Under the pieces are notes generated by a model. That model did no database searches. It was not told the origin of the DNA and saw nothing but the letters and a program-made list of their open reading frames with translations. The position numbers were made by a program, and so were the translations under genes. A DNA stretch of 64,000 bases from an uncultured Gemmatimonadales bacterium (GTDB taxonomy: Bacteria > Gemmatimonadota > Gemmatimonadetes > Longimicrobiales > RSA9), in the NCBI GenBank assembly GCA_963783305.1, contig CAWAMW010000002.1:704001-768000 (forward strand), given 5' to 3'. Shown piece after piece: positions 19,066 through 28,752 of this stretch. Position 1 is the stretch's first letter. The number at the start of each line of letters is the position of its first letter.

Positions 19066-20511
19066 ATGACCGTTCGCAGGCGACTCCTCCTGACGCTGGG
19101 AAGCATCATCCTCCTGCTGCTCATCCCCGCGGCGTACGCCGTATCGCAGCTCGAGCGGCTGCGCGACGTAGCGGTCGAGCTCGAGCGGGTCCATTCCCGG
19201 GACGCCTATTCGGTGGGTGATTACCGGACGGCACTCGCTGAGCTGGACCGACAGCAGCGTAGCTTCATAGCCACCCCGGACGAGACCTTCCGCCGGGGGA
19301 TGAACCGTGAGCTCGAGCGGGCGCGCGACCAGCTGGACCGGCTGGGCGCGGCCTACGAGCAGGCCCTGGAACCGTCGATGAAGATCCTCGATTCCCTTGC
19401 CGTGGCCAATGCGCGCATCGAGGATCTCGTGACGAGCGGGAGGACGCAGGAGGCCACGCAGTATTTCGAGGGCGTCAAGCCGCTGCTGGACTCCGCTCGC
19501 TATACAGTCCGCGAGGTCACCGAAGCGCTGGATGAGCAGGGCCGGCTGCAGGTGGCCGAGGCGCGGGATCTGAGCGCCTCCGCCGCTCGCACTACGCTGC
19601 TGGCCGGCTCGATCGCCGTCCTTCTCACGGTGCTGCTGGGTCTGTGGACCACCGGCGCCCTCTCGCGGCCGCTCCGGCGCCTGAGCCAGGCCACGCGCAC
19701 CGTGGCCGATGGCGAGTTCACCGCGCCCCTGGACCTGCCCTACGACCGGACGGACGAGATCGGCGACCTCTCCCGATCGTTCCAGTCCATGGCGGAGCGG
19801 CTGGCGGAGCTGGACAGGCTGAAAGCGGAGTTCGTCGGCCTGGCCACACACGAGCTGAAGACGCCCATCAACGTCATCGGCGGCTACGCGGAGCTCCTCG
19901 ACGAGGGCCTCTACGGTGAGCTGACGGACAAACAGCGAGAGGTGCTCGCGCTCGTGCAGGAGCAGACCCATTCTCTCACTCGCCTCGTGAACCAGCTCCT
20001 GGACCTGTCACGCTTCGAGGCAGGCGGACTGCGCATAGAGCCGCAGCCGGTCGACCTGAACCAGCTCCTCGATGAGGTGGAGGGGTCCTTCCGCGCCCTG
20101 GCCACGCAGAAGCAGATCGATTTCGCGGTGGAGCGCGGCGACTCCATGCCCCGGACCCTGGTCATGGACCACGATCGGATTCGCCACGAGGTGCTGAGCA
20201 ACCTGCTGTCGAACGCATTCAAGTTCACCGCCAGCGGCGGCCGGATCAGCGTGCGCGCCCAGCGCGAGCGCGGAGAGGTCCACATCGTCACGAGCGACTC
20301 GGGGATGGGGATCCCGGCAGACCAGCTGGAGCACATCTTCGAGAAGTACTACCAGGTCGAGGGCGAAGGGAAGGCACAGGGAAGCGGGCTAGGGCTGGCC
20401 ATTGCGAAGCACGTGGTGGAGGCCCACGGCGGGCGGATCCACGCCACCAGCACGGTCGGAAAAGGAACGACCTTCGATATCTACCTGCCCGTGGAGGGCC
20501 CTGAGGCCTGA
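19066..20511 (+). CDS. Membrane HAMP sensor histidine kinase
   Basis: Two TM helices around a helical periplasmic domain; HAMP (DEIGDL); THELKTP; NLLSNAFKFT; GSGLGL. Confidence 0.92.
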   Translation: MTVRRRLLLTLGSIILLLLIPAAYAVSQLERLRDVAVELERVHSRDAYSVGDYRTALAELDRQQRSFIATPDETFRRGMNRELERARDQLDRLGAAYEQALEPSMKILDSLAVANARIEDLVTSGRTQEATQYFEGVKPLLDSARYTVREVTEALDEQGRLQVAEARDLSASAARTTLLAGSIAVLLTVLLGLWTTGALSRPLRRLSQATRTVADGEFTAPLDLPYDRTDEIGDLSRSFQSMAERLAELDRLKAEFVGLATHELKTPINVIGGYAELLDEGLYGELTDKQREVLALVQEQTHSLTRLVNQLLDLSRFEAGGLRIEPQPVDLNQLLDEVEGSFRALATQKQIDFAVERGDSMPRTLVMDHDRIRHEVLSNLLSNAFKFTASGGRISVRAQRERGEVHIVTSDSGMGIPADQLEHIFEKYYQVEGEGKAQGSGLGLAIAKHVVEAHGGRIHATSTVGKGTTFDIYLPVEGPEA

Positions 20512-20577
20512 GCCGGCGCGGAACGCGAGAAACGACTCGGCCGGCGCGCTCCCTGCCGCTGGCATTCGAACCCCTTC

Positions 20578-21012
20578 ATGCCCTACCTTCCGTCCATGCG
20601 ACGAGACCCTCGAAACGCGCACCACCTGGCCACGATCAGCTACGATGGCCGCTTCTGGGATGCCTACCTGGAGCTCCAGGACGCGCAGACGCCGGACTCA
20701 CCCGCACGGGGCAGGATCGCCTTTTCGGCCGCCAACGAAGGCGATCCGGACTCGGTCCACACCACCACCATCTTCATCGAGAACACTCCCCAGGATGTGC
20801 TCACCCGGGCCCGCGACTTCAAGACTCATCAGCTCGTGGCGCTGCTCCGCTCCGCCATCCCGACCGAGGAGGAGCGGAGCCGCACGGACGACGCGGAGCA
20901 GGGAGGCCGGCAACCCGCCACGCCCGAGGAGCGGCATATGACGCCCCCGGAACCCGAGCCCGGGTCGGAGAGTGAGGGAGCGGGGCCGCGTTCGGGAGAG
21001 CGGCGGGACTAG
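20578..21012 (+). CDS. Hypothetical protein
   Basis: Coherent ORF (HLATISYDGRFWDAYLE...) with plausible codon usage. Start may be 20596. Confidence 0.6.
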   Translation: MPYLPSMRRDPRNAHHLATISYDGRFWDAYLELQDAQTPDSPARGRIAFSAANEGDPDSVHTTTIFIENTPQDVLTRARDFKTHQLVALLRSAIPTEEERSRTDDAEQGGRQPATPEERHMTPPEPEPGSESEGAGPRSGERRD

Positions 21013-21047
21013 GGGGCGTTGCCGCAGCTAACGGTGGTCGGTCCGGA

Positions 21048-21851
21048 TCAGGATCCGTCCGTGGGGCGCCGATCCAGCCATCCGAGCACAGAAGCGCGGC
21101 CGGCGTGGGCGAAGACGTGGTTCGGGTACTGCTGGCAGTCGGGCGTGTTCGTCCCGTTCACGCAGCCGTTGTACCGGAGAAGCGCCCGTTCCAGGTTGCG
21201 GTTCGATCGCTGGTAGTAGTGCGCGAAGATGCGGGCGCCATGGCAGATATTGACGGTCACGTCCTCCAGGTCCGTCCCGCACTCCGGCCAGCCACCGCGA
21301 TGCAGAGGCATCACCTGCATCAGGCCGATAGCGCCCACCGGACTGCGTATGTCCGGGTCCAGCCAGGGGTTCTCCACCAGCAGAACGGCCAGCAGGAGCC
21401 GCGGCTCGATGCCCGCGCCCTTCGCCTCCCGAACGAGCGCGACCGAGATGCGACGCACCAGCACGCTGTCGCTGCTGTAGTGAAGCAGAACGCGCTCGAG
21501 GGGCGCAACCGTCGACTCGTAGTACTCCGAGAGGTCGGCCCAGGCGTTATTCACCCGCGAGACTCGCTCCTCGAGCCCGGCGATCCGGGAGGCCCGGGTA
21601 TCCACCGCCCGTGATTCCCGTGATTCCACGGAGCGCGAGCCCGACCCGGTCGCATCCAGCCCGGAAACGGCGTGAACGGCGGCTCCGGCCCCGACGCTTT
21701 GCGCCCTCGCGACCGCCGCTGTCGCGTCCGCCGGCGCACCGGCGTACACCGTTCCGAACAGCAGTCCCACTCCCAGCACGCTCACCGCTCCCATCGAGCG
21801 CAATCGGCCGGGTCCGGATCGGATTCTGTGCCTCAGCTCATCTATGCTCAC
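21048..21851 (-). CDS. Lytic transglycosylase (SLT domain)
   Basis: LLAVLLVEN (catalytic Glu), GAIGLMQVMP, ALLRYNG; N-terminal TM segment. Confidence 0.85.
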   Translation of the reverse strand: MSIDELRHRIRSGPGRLRSMGAVSVLGVGLLFGTVYAGAPADATAAVARAQSVGAGAAVHAVSGLDATGSGSRSVESRESRAVDTRASRIAGLEERVSRVNNAWADLSEYYESTVAPLERVLLHYSSDSVLVRRISVALVREAKGAGIEPRLLLAVLLVENPWLDPDIRSPVGAIGLMQVMPLHRGGWPECGTDLEDVTVNICHGARIFAHYYQRSNRNLERALLRYNGCVNGTNTPDCQQYPNHVFAHAGRASVLGWLDRRPTDGS

Positions 21852-21919
21852 GGGTCCCTCTCTGTCGGGGTCATACGTCGACCGAAGCCGCTTTTCGGCC
21901 CCGTCGGAGCGCGTTCGGG

Positions 21920-21935
21920 TGCAAGGGGCGTTCCT
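21920..21935 (-). promoter_or_regulatory. Putative sigma54 -24/-12 promoter
   Basis: Minus strand AGGAACGCCCCTTGCA, about 70 bp upstream of the SLT gene. Confidence 0.5.
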
Positions 21936-22127
21936 GCACCGGGGTATCCCGGACCGCCTGTGTGGTTTCCCTTCACGCATCCGCCGTCGCTCACTTCCGG
22001 GCCGGGTCCCGGGCGTCCGCCCCGCCAGCGCGGTTGCCCCCGGAGAGCCTGGGCATATATTGAGAATGGACGATTACGCAGGGTGCCAGGGGGCGCCCGG
22101 CTCATTATGTAATCTGCGGGAGGATCG

Positions 22128-22325
22128 ATGGCGCTCTACAGGACGCTGTACTACGGGGATCTCAACGTCGGCGTTGGCGGCCGCGTGACCATCCCGCAGG
22201 ACATCCGAGACGACCTGGGCATTGATGACGGGGACCTGATGACCGTGCGAGTGGAGGAGAGCCCGGACGGAACGCGCCAGATGGTCATGTGGCGCGCCAA
22301 GGAGCAGCCGGACACGGACGAGTAG
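22128..22325 (+). CDS. AbrB/MazE/SpoVT-family DNA-binding protein
   Basis: GGRVTIPQDIRDDLGIDDGD; RBS GGAGG precedes ATG; no adjacent toxin gene. Confidence 0.85.
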   Translation: MALYRTLYYGDLNVGVGGRVTIPQDIRDDLGIDDGDLMTVRVEESPDGTRQMVMWRAKEQPDTDE

Positions 22326-22348
22326 GCGAAGCACGACGGACGACGAGG

Positions 22349-22380
22349 AGAGCCCCGAGCCTGCTGGTTCGGGGCTTTTC
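22349..22380. terminator. Intrinsic terminator hairpin between convergent genes
   Basis: AGCCCCGAGC-ctgctg-GTTCGGGGCT followed by TTT. Confidence 0.7.
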
Positions 22381-23766
22381 TTATTCCTCCAGGTCGACCC
22401 AGCGCAGGAGCTCCGAGAGGGGCCCGCGACCATCGTGGTGCCACTCGGGTGGTGGCCAGGGAATGCGATCGAAGGTAGTGATACGTGTGGCGCCGACGCG
22501 AGCGAGGGCGTCGGCGAGGGCGAATCGTCGCTCGGGTGGCACGGCGAGGGCCACGGACTGGAGCTGGTGACCCGCGGGCCGCAGGAGGTCGGGGACCTCG
22601 TCCAGGGAATCCACCGGGTGCAGGTGCACGAACCGGTTGAGGCAGGAGGGCCGGAAGGCCGGCTCGCTGTCGAGGATGACGGTCCACTCGGTGCCGGCGG
22701 AGGCGAGAACGCGGACGGGTCCTTCGTGCCCCCTCAGCTCGGCGGCGCCGCGCTCCTGCTGAATGGCCGAGGCCTCCGCGGGGCTGATGCGCCCGCGCGG
22801 CAGTTGGAGCTCGATGCGGCGGAGGGAGTGCGCCAGTTCGTCGGCGAACTCGTCGATCCGATCGCGGCCGGGGTCCTCCAGCCATACGGTGTGGGGTGAG
22901 ACGCAGCCCTGTTGATCGAAGGTCGCCACCGCACGGCCGATCCGGTCCGAGAGGTCGGGATCCTCTTCCAGCGACTCGCGGGCGACGAGGCCAGCAGAGA
23001 AGCGCGGGCCATGGACCACCAGCCGGTGGTTGGCCGGGATGCGTTCACGGAACGACGCCACCGCTTCGGGTCCGCCGTAGACGGCCACGAGGTCCGCCGC
23101 CTGGAGCATACGCCACTCTGCGTCGCTGGTGCCGCCGGGCCAGTAGGTGATCGCGAGACAGTGGGCCAGTTCCGGGTCCACCGCGGCCAGCGTCCGGGCG
23201 AAGAGCACGGGTAGCACCGGCTGTCCGGAGGCCAGCTTCCCGAGCGACGGGGCCTTCACCAGCAGCGACCGCACGAGCGACGTCACCGCCACGCCGGGGA
23301 CGTTGCCGGCGAAGACGTGGAAGACGAGATCGGGGCCGTAGGCACGGACCCGGCGGCGACCGCGGGCGGGTGCGAACCCATCGAGGACGGCCGGCCCCCC
23401 GACCTCTGCATCGAGGAGCCTGTGCAGCGGCTCTCTCTGCCAGTCGGCCGCCATCCGCTCGATGACCAGCGTGGTCATTGCGGAGGAGTAGCCGGTGGCG
23501 GCACCCAGCAGCGCGTCGGCCTCGCGGCGGATCGGGTCACCGGGGTCCAGCAAGTGGGCGGCCGCGGCGGCGATGCAATCGACGATCTCCGCCACCGGCC
23601 GGCCGGCCAGCACCCTCCCGGCCGTGCGTAGAGACCGCACTGTGCTCTCCACCAGGGCGGGCGTCGGGAGTGGGTACCGGCACTCGAGCTCGCCCACCTG
23701 GAGCGTCTCGAACGTGAGATCACTGCCCGCTTCCGGGAGCCACCATGCATCGAAGCGCTCGGTCAT
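22381..23766 (-). CDS. LuxC-like acyl-CoA reductase
   Basis: HVFAGNVPG, YWPGG, YGG, FDQQGCVSP (catalytic Cys), HDG near the C-terminus. Confidence 0.85.
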   Translation of the reverse strand: MTERFDAWWLPEAGSDLTFETLQVGELECRYPLPTPALVESTVRSLRTAGRVLAGRPVAEIVDCIAAAAAHLLDPGDPIRREADALLGAATGYSSAMTTLVIERMAADWQREPLHRLLDAEVGGPAVLDGFAPARGRRRVRAYGPDLVFHVFAGNVPGVAVTSLVRSLLVKAPSLGKLASGQPVLPVLFARTLAAVDPELAHCLAITYWPGGTSDAEWRMLQAADLVAVYGGPEAVASFRERIPANHRLVVHGPRFSAGLVARESLEEDPDLSDRIGRAVATFDQQGCVSPHTVWLEDPGRDRIDEFADELAHSLRRIELQLPRGRISPAEASAIQQERGAAELRGHEGPVRVLASAGTEWTVILDSEPAFRPSCLNRFVHLHPVDSLDEVPDLLRPAGHQLQSVALAVPPERRFALADALARVGATRITTFDRIPWPPPEWHHDGRGPLSELLRWVDLEE

Positions 23767-24872
23767 CGCGATCCCTCCAGGAGGAGGTCCATGGCGATGG
23801 AGCAGCCGCGGGGGGGCGCTCCGGCTGCGCGCCCCTCGAGCACCAGGCCCTGCTCGTCCACACGGCCGAAGTCCTCCGTCTGGACGGCCGCCACGCTGTC
23901 CAGATTGGCGAGGTCCACGTGCCGCAGGATCCCGGACGCGCCGGCCGGGAGCGGAGCCAGCGTCTCCGGGTCCACCGCCACGCTCCGGAGCCACGCCGGC
24001 CCTTCCTTCCGCGGGATTCCGATCTCGCCCCGGTGGTAGGCCAGAAGTCCATTGTCGTAGCGCTGTGAGAGCAGCTCCGTCATGCCGTACTCGTTGACGC
24101 ACGCGTGGGAGGGAAGCCCCAGGCGCTCGCGGTAGAGCTCGCGGAGCCGTGGCGCAGGAACATGCCGCCCCCGCCCCTTGTGGCCGCCCGTGTCCATCAG
24201 CCGCGAGCCATCCGGGAGCGCGAACGTCCGCCCCGCCTCCACCAGCCTGTCGATCCAGTGGATGAAGGCGGCGGAAGTGCCCAGCAGCAGCAGCGGCCGA
24301 CCGGCCGAGACAGCGGCGGCCACGGCCTCCTCCAGCGCCGGGAAATCCACTCCGCCCCTGTCCGCGTAGACGCCGCTCCCGTGAGCGCCGAAGGCCGCCA
24401 TGACGTCGGTGATCATGAACGCGAGCGATGACTCTGGCAGCACGTCGGCGGGCGGCATCAGGGAGAGGAAGGGGAGCGCAGCGTCGTCGGGCAGGAGGTA
24501 CGAGCGAAATGTGGGGCGGAGCGATGCCCGGTACAGATCCAGGCTTGCGACATGGTGCTCCCCGCGGCGCTCTCTTCCGCGCGTGGTGCCGCTCGTCCGG
24601 AACACGCGCTCGGTCGCCGTGTCCCCCGCACGCAGCACCACTTCGCGGAACGCGGCAGTCGGGACGGCCGGGATGGCGGACCAGTCGCCTACGGTGTCCG
24701 GCGTGCGGTCCCGAGCGCGGCAGTACGCCGCGTAGGAGGGAATGCCCTCGAAGTTCCGGGCGAAGACGCGCAGCGCGAGGTCGTTGAAAGCGGCGTCGGT
24801 GAGCGGCGCGTCAGCGTTTCGGAACCGGCGGATCAGCTCGGCGCGGAGCGCCCCCACGTCTGCGTCCGACAC
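23763..24872 (-). CDS. LuxE-like acyl-protein synthetase
   Basis: FRTSGTT, MDTGGHKGR, NEYGMTELLSQ, DLAN..S..VQTEDFG, GR...PRGCS. Confidence 0.85.
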   Translation of the reverse strand: MSDADVGALRAELIRRFRNADAPLTDAAFNDLALRVFARNFEGIPSYAAYCRARDRTPDTVGDWSAIPAVPTAAFREVVLRAGDTATERVFRTSGTTRGRERRGEHHVASLDLYRASLRPTFRSYLLPDDAALPFLSLMPPADVLPESSLAFMITDVMAAFGAHGSGVYADRGGVDFPALEEAVAAAVSAGRPLLLLGTSAAFIHWIDRLVEAGRTFALPDGSRLMDTGGHKGRGRHVPAPRLRELYRERLGLPSHACVNEYGMTELLSQRYDNGLLAYHRGEIGIPRKEGPAWLRSVAVDPETLAPLPAGASGILRHVDLANLDSVAAVQTEDFGRVDEQGLVLEGRAAGAPPRGCSIAMDLLLEGSR

Positions 24873-24879
24873 GGCACGC

Positions 24880-26406
24880 TCACCGGCGTCGGAGCTCGAA
24901 GAATTCCTCGACGGCCATGGCGAAGGTCGCGCCCTCCACGGCGTATCGGCCGGCGAGCGGCGAGAGGAAGGCGAGGATCCGCTCGCCCACGGCCTTGTGG
25001 GTCGACGATCCGGTGTCGTGCGCCAGGGCGATGTGGAGCCGTGCGGCGAGGGCGTTCTCCTCGAAGGGGCGGTCGCGATAGCGCAGCGCGCCCAGCGGAT
25101 CGGGGTGGTACGGATGGTCGCAGTACCCGCCGTTCTCGTCCCAGAGCGTCTCTTTCATCGTGATCAGGAGTGCCTGCGCCTTTTCCCGCGCATCCTCCCG
25201 ACCGGCGGCGCGAGCCACCGCGTGTGCGGCGCGGGCGGTGTGGAGCAGGTCGATGAGGAGGCCGTGCGGCGGTTCCATGTCCGGGCCGTAATAGTGGCGC
25301 ATCCCGTGGTCCGGCGTGCCCATCCGGTCGATCAGGGTGTCGAACGCCTCGGAGGCGCGCCCCACCCAGTCCTCCCGCTCGAGCGCGCGGCCGGCGTCCG
25401 CGAGAGCCGCGATCCACATGGCCGTGGAGTGCGCGTATACGGTGTCGTCCACGGGTGGCGTCTCGAGGGTGGCGCGCGCCTCCGCATCCGCCTGGAAGTA
25501 CGCGGGGTCAGCCGACTGGCTTCCCACCCACAGACCGTCACGCGAGAGGGTGGAATCCACCCAGTCCACGATACGCTCCGCGGTGGCACGCCAGTCGTGT
25601 CGGCCGGCGAACGTGGCGCCTGCCGCGAACGCGGAGAGGGTCCTGGCGTTCACGTCCAGGAGCTTCTCCACCTGCGGTCGGGTCCAATCCGCATCCAGCG
25701 TGTAATGGTAGAAGCCGCCGTCCACTCGGTCCTCGATCTCCCCCGCCAGCATCCCATCGAGGGTGCGCTCGGCCATGAGCGTCCAGTCGGGATTGGGCAG
25801 CGACTTGCCCTGGCTGAAGAGCAGCTCCACGGCCTCGGCGTGGATGAACTTGGGGGCGTCGCCGAAGCCGCCGTTCCGGGAGTCGAACTGGTCCTGCGCT
25901 CCCGTCAGCACGTCGTCCGCCGCCTCGCGCCGGACCATGCCATGTCCGGGGCGATGGCCGCGCGCCGCCTCCATCGCCTTCCTTCGGCGCTGGAGCTCCT
26001 CCTCGAGGTTGGCCCGGCGGTCACGCCAGGCGCCGAGCACCTTTTCGAGTACCCGCCGAAGCTCCCGCGCGTCCACGTAGGTCTCGGACCAGAGCGCCTC
26101 CCCCGACGGCGCCAGGATCGCCGTGGTCGGCCATCCTCCGGCGATGTATCGGTCCTGCACGTGGGGCAGCCGATCGGCGTCGACGCGCAGGGGGAGCAGG
26201 TCCTCGTTCAGGAGCTGGATGATCTGGTCATCGGAGAACGTGGTCTCGTCCATCTCCTGGCACGACCGGCACCACGTGGTGGTCAGGTTCAGGAGGATCA
26301 GCCGGTCCTCCGCGGCCGCTTCCTCGAAAGCGGCGCGAGACCAGTGACGCCAGCGGATCTCGCTCGCCCGGTTGTGGTTGGGCGAGTATCGGAATGGTTC
26401 AGTCAT
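24880..26406 (-). CDS. Thioredoxin-domain (DUF255/YyaL-like) protein with alpha/alpha-toroid domain
   Basis: WCRSCQEMD, GGWPT, GGFGDAPKF, DGGFYHY..D..W..P..EKLL. Confidence 0.82.
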   Translation of the reverse strand: MTEPFRYSPNHNRASEIRWRHWSRAAFEEAAAEDRLILLNLTTTWCRSCQEMDETTFSDDQIIQLLNEDLLPLRVDADRLPHVQDRYIAGGWPTTAILAPSGEALWSETYVDARELRRVLEKVLGAWRDRRANLEEELQRRRKAMEAARGHRPGHGMVRREAADDVLTGAQDQFDSRNGGFGDAPKFIHAEAVELLFSQGKSLPNPDWTLMAERTLDGMLAGEIEDRVDGGFYHYTLDADWTRPQVEKLLDVNARTLSAFAAGATFAGRHDWRATAERIVDWVDSTLSRDGLWVGSQSADPAYFQADAEARATLETPPVDDTVYAHSTAMWIAALADAGRALEREDWVGRASEAFDTLIDRMGTPDHGMRHYYGPDMEPPHGLLIDLLHTARAAHAVARAAGREDAREKAQALLITMKETLWDENGGYCDHPYHPDPLGALRYRDRPFEENALAARLHIALAHDTGSSTHKAVGERILAFLSPLAGRYAVEGATFAMAVEEFFELRRR

Positions 26407-26470
26407 CTCGGCATCAGGATATGGGATCGGCGCCCCGAAGGCCAGCCGAGGCACCGCCGACGAGCGCCCG

Positions 26471-27088
26471 TCACCGCACCCGGAACGGGCGGCTGCGGGC
26501 TTCGTGACGGCGAGCGGGCAGGCCGATGATCCGGATCAGCAGTCGCTTGAGACCGGTCCCCACCGCACCCCCCACGGACCGGCTGCCGCGAACGGCCGGC
26601 TCCAGCTCACCCCGGAGCCAGCGCTCCAGTTCGTCCAGGTCCGACAGCGACAGGGTCTCCACCTCGACCACGCCGATGTAGTAGTAGGTCCCCGCGCCGG
26701 CCGCCCTCATCGTGGGGGTATAGGGCCCCTCGACCGCCGCGCGCGCCGCCGCCCACGTCCCGAAGGAGGCGAGGCTGTCGGACGGGAGCACCCCGGCGAG
26801 GTAGTGCTGCTCGAGGGGCTCGAAGGCGACGGCCACCGACCACGCCGCCTGCGCCACCAGGTCATCGACGAAACCGTCCCGCCAGAGCTCGATCCGGAAC
26901 CGCATCCGCAGCGGAAGCCCTGAGTGAACGGCGTTCTCCAGCGCTTCATCCTCGAGCAGCCCCGGCACGGTGACACGGGGGCCCGACGCGGCGGGCTCCA
27001 GGAGGAGGTGATCCTGTGCCGTGAGCGGGGCGGCCGCGAGCACGAGCGCGACCGTCAGCGACCGGAGAGAGGAGGCGCGCAGGGTCAA
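26471..27088 (-). CDS. DUF4390-like exported protein
   Basis: TTG start overlapping upstream stop; signal peptide; AVHSGLPLRMRFRIELWRDG. Confidence 0.6.
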   Translation of the reverse strand: MTLRASSLRSLTVALVLAAAPLTAQDHLLLEPAASGPRVTVPGLLEDEALENAVHSGLPLRMRFRIELWRDGFVDDLVAQAAWSVAVAFEPLEQHYLAGVLPSDSLASFGTWAAARAAVEGPYTPTMRAAGAGTYYYIGVVEVETLSLSDLDELERWLRGELEPAVRGSRSVGGAVGTGLKRLLIRIIGLPARRHEARSRPFRVR

Positions 27089-28752
27089 AACCGCGGACTG
27101 ATCCGAACGAAGAAATTGGTACGACCCCCCGCCTCCGAGAGGGGGAGGGCGAGATAGACTCCGAAGCGGCCGAGCTCCAGGCCCACACCGGCGTCCAGGC
27201 GGAGCGAGGAGGTTCCCTCGTCCCGCCCGTGGAGCGACTCGGTCTCGACCCATGCGCGTCCTGCATCGGCAAAGAGCACCAGCTCAGGCGTGGTGATCAG
27301 GTCGAAATCGAGCCCCAGCCACCGACCCGGGCTGAAATCGTTGGAGATCAGGGCGTAGCGGCCTTCCGCCTGCAGCAGCAGGACTCGGTCGCAGCCGTAG
27401 TAGGGGAACCGGCCGTCCACGAGAGTCCGGTCGCGGGCGCCGCAGTCGAACGTGAACCGCTCGTATCCGGGCAGGCTCCCCTCGCCCCCGAGCACGTGCT
27501 GCCGCTGGGGCGGGAGCTCGCCGTCGTCCGGGGACCCCGCGGCCAGCCCGCGGAGCGCGAGCCGGGTCCGGGGACTGAAGCGCAGATACCGGCGCACGTC
27601 CAGCCGGAACGCGGTGAACTCGGCACCGACAGAGCGGTACTGCGGTCCGCTCGCATCAGGGGGAACGGCTTCGTCCCCGATCCTCATCCGGAGGTCACCC
27701 TCCAGCCCCTGCTCCACCTCCGCCTGCACGAGCCAGCCGGAGGCGGGTTCCAGGTGATCGTTGCGGGTGTCCCACCGAAACCAGCCGCGCACGGTCTGCA
27801 GATCCCCCTCGGCGACCTGTGGCTGTGGTCTCCACGGCTCGTCGTTGTCGAGCAGCGACCACGGCGTGTGGGTCGGCTCGGAGTCGTGCGACTCGTCCCG
27901 GTATTCGAGGCCGGCATCGACGGGGCGAGTGCGACCGTCATACACGGCATATACGCGCCAGCCCTCCCGCGCGTAGTGGTCGCGGTAGTCGCGGTGCAAA
28001 ATGAATGTGGAGAGCGAGTTCTCGCTGTCCGAGAGCCCGCTGAGCTCGATGGGGTCCACGGCGCTGTGGGTGCCGATGCCCAACCGGAGGCTGCGGTGCC
28101 CGGCGACGTACTGCTCCAGCCGCACGTCGTGGCCGATCTCGTCGGGGTGAATGCGGAGCCCGCTCCGTGTCCGGTATATGAGCCGCGCGTCGAGGACCGT
28201 GGGATTGGACCTGCCGAGCTCGAGCCGGGGCCCCGCGGACACGGGCAGCCCCTCGACGCGGTTGTAGGACCCATCCACGGTCAGCATGAGGTCGGCGCGA
28301 CCGAACCTGGTGGCAATACCGGCGCTGAGCCAGGAGGGGCGGGCAGCCTCCAGCGCGATGATTCGGTCGCCCTCGCGCCGGAAGCGGAGCGCCTCGGGAT
28401 AGACCAGCACCGAGCCCGCCACGTCGGCGGGAGCGCCGTCGAAGCTGCCCCCCACCACCACAGCTCGTCCCGTTATGCTCCCACCGGGCCGGATCCGGAG
28501 ATCGCCGTTGATCACCAGTACATCGCCCCGGACCTCGCCCGCCACGAGCAGTGGACCACCCACGGAGGCCACATCACCCGCCACAGCCGCCCCCTGCGGC
28601 ACCCGAGTCTCGCCGGTGAGACGGATCGTTGTGGGGCTGTTGTACAGTTCCGCGATCGCCGACGCCGCGGCCGGCGTCAGGGTGCGGGTCTCCTGCGCCC
28701 GGAGCGGAAGCGCCGTCAGGCAGAGCAGCAGTGCACAGATGATTGGCTTCAC
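27085..28752 (-). CDS. Outer-membrane beta-barrel protein (BamA/TamA-like C-terminus) with N-terminal bactofilin-like repeats
   Basis: Signal peptide; V.GDV/V.GG beta-helix-like repeats; [22 protein letters not shown]; terminal Phe. Confidence 0.7.
   Translation of the reverse strand: MKPIICALLLCLTALPLRAQETRTLTPAAASAIAELYNSPTTIRLTGETRVPQGAAVAGDVASVGGPLLVAGEVRGDVLVINGDLRIRPGGSITGRAVVVGGSFDGAPADVAGSVLVYPEALRFRREGDRIIALEAARPSWLSAGIATRFGRADLMLTVDGSYNRVEGLPVSAGPRLELGRSNPTVLDARLIYRTRSGLRIHPDEIGHDVRLEQYVAGHRSLRLGIGTHSAVDPIELSGLSDSENSLSTFILHRDYRDHYAREGWRVYAVYDGRTRPVDAGLEYRDESHDSEPTHTPWSLLDNDEPWRPQPQVAEGDLQTVRGWFRWDTRNDHLEPASGWLVQAEVEQGLEGDLRMRIGDEAVPPDASGPQYRSVGAEFTAFRLDVRRYLRFSPRTRLALRGLAAGSPDDGELPPQRQHVLGGEGSLPGYERFTFDCGARDRTLVDGRFPYYGCDRVLLLQAEGRYALISNDFSPGRWLGLDFDLITTPELVLFADAGRAWVETESLHGRDEGTSSLRLDAGVGLELGRFGVYLALPLSEAGGRTNFFVRISPRF

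Noticed and set aside
22128..22325. Toxin-antitoxin module
   Set aside because: The AbrB-like gene is followed directly by a terminator with no toxin ORF.
22381..24872. Bioluminescence locus
   Set aside because: No luxA, luxB, luxD or luxG in the window.
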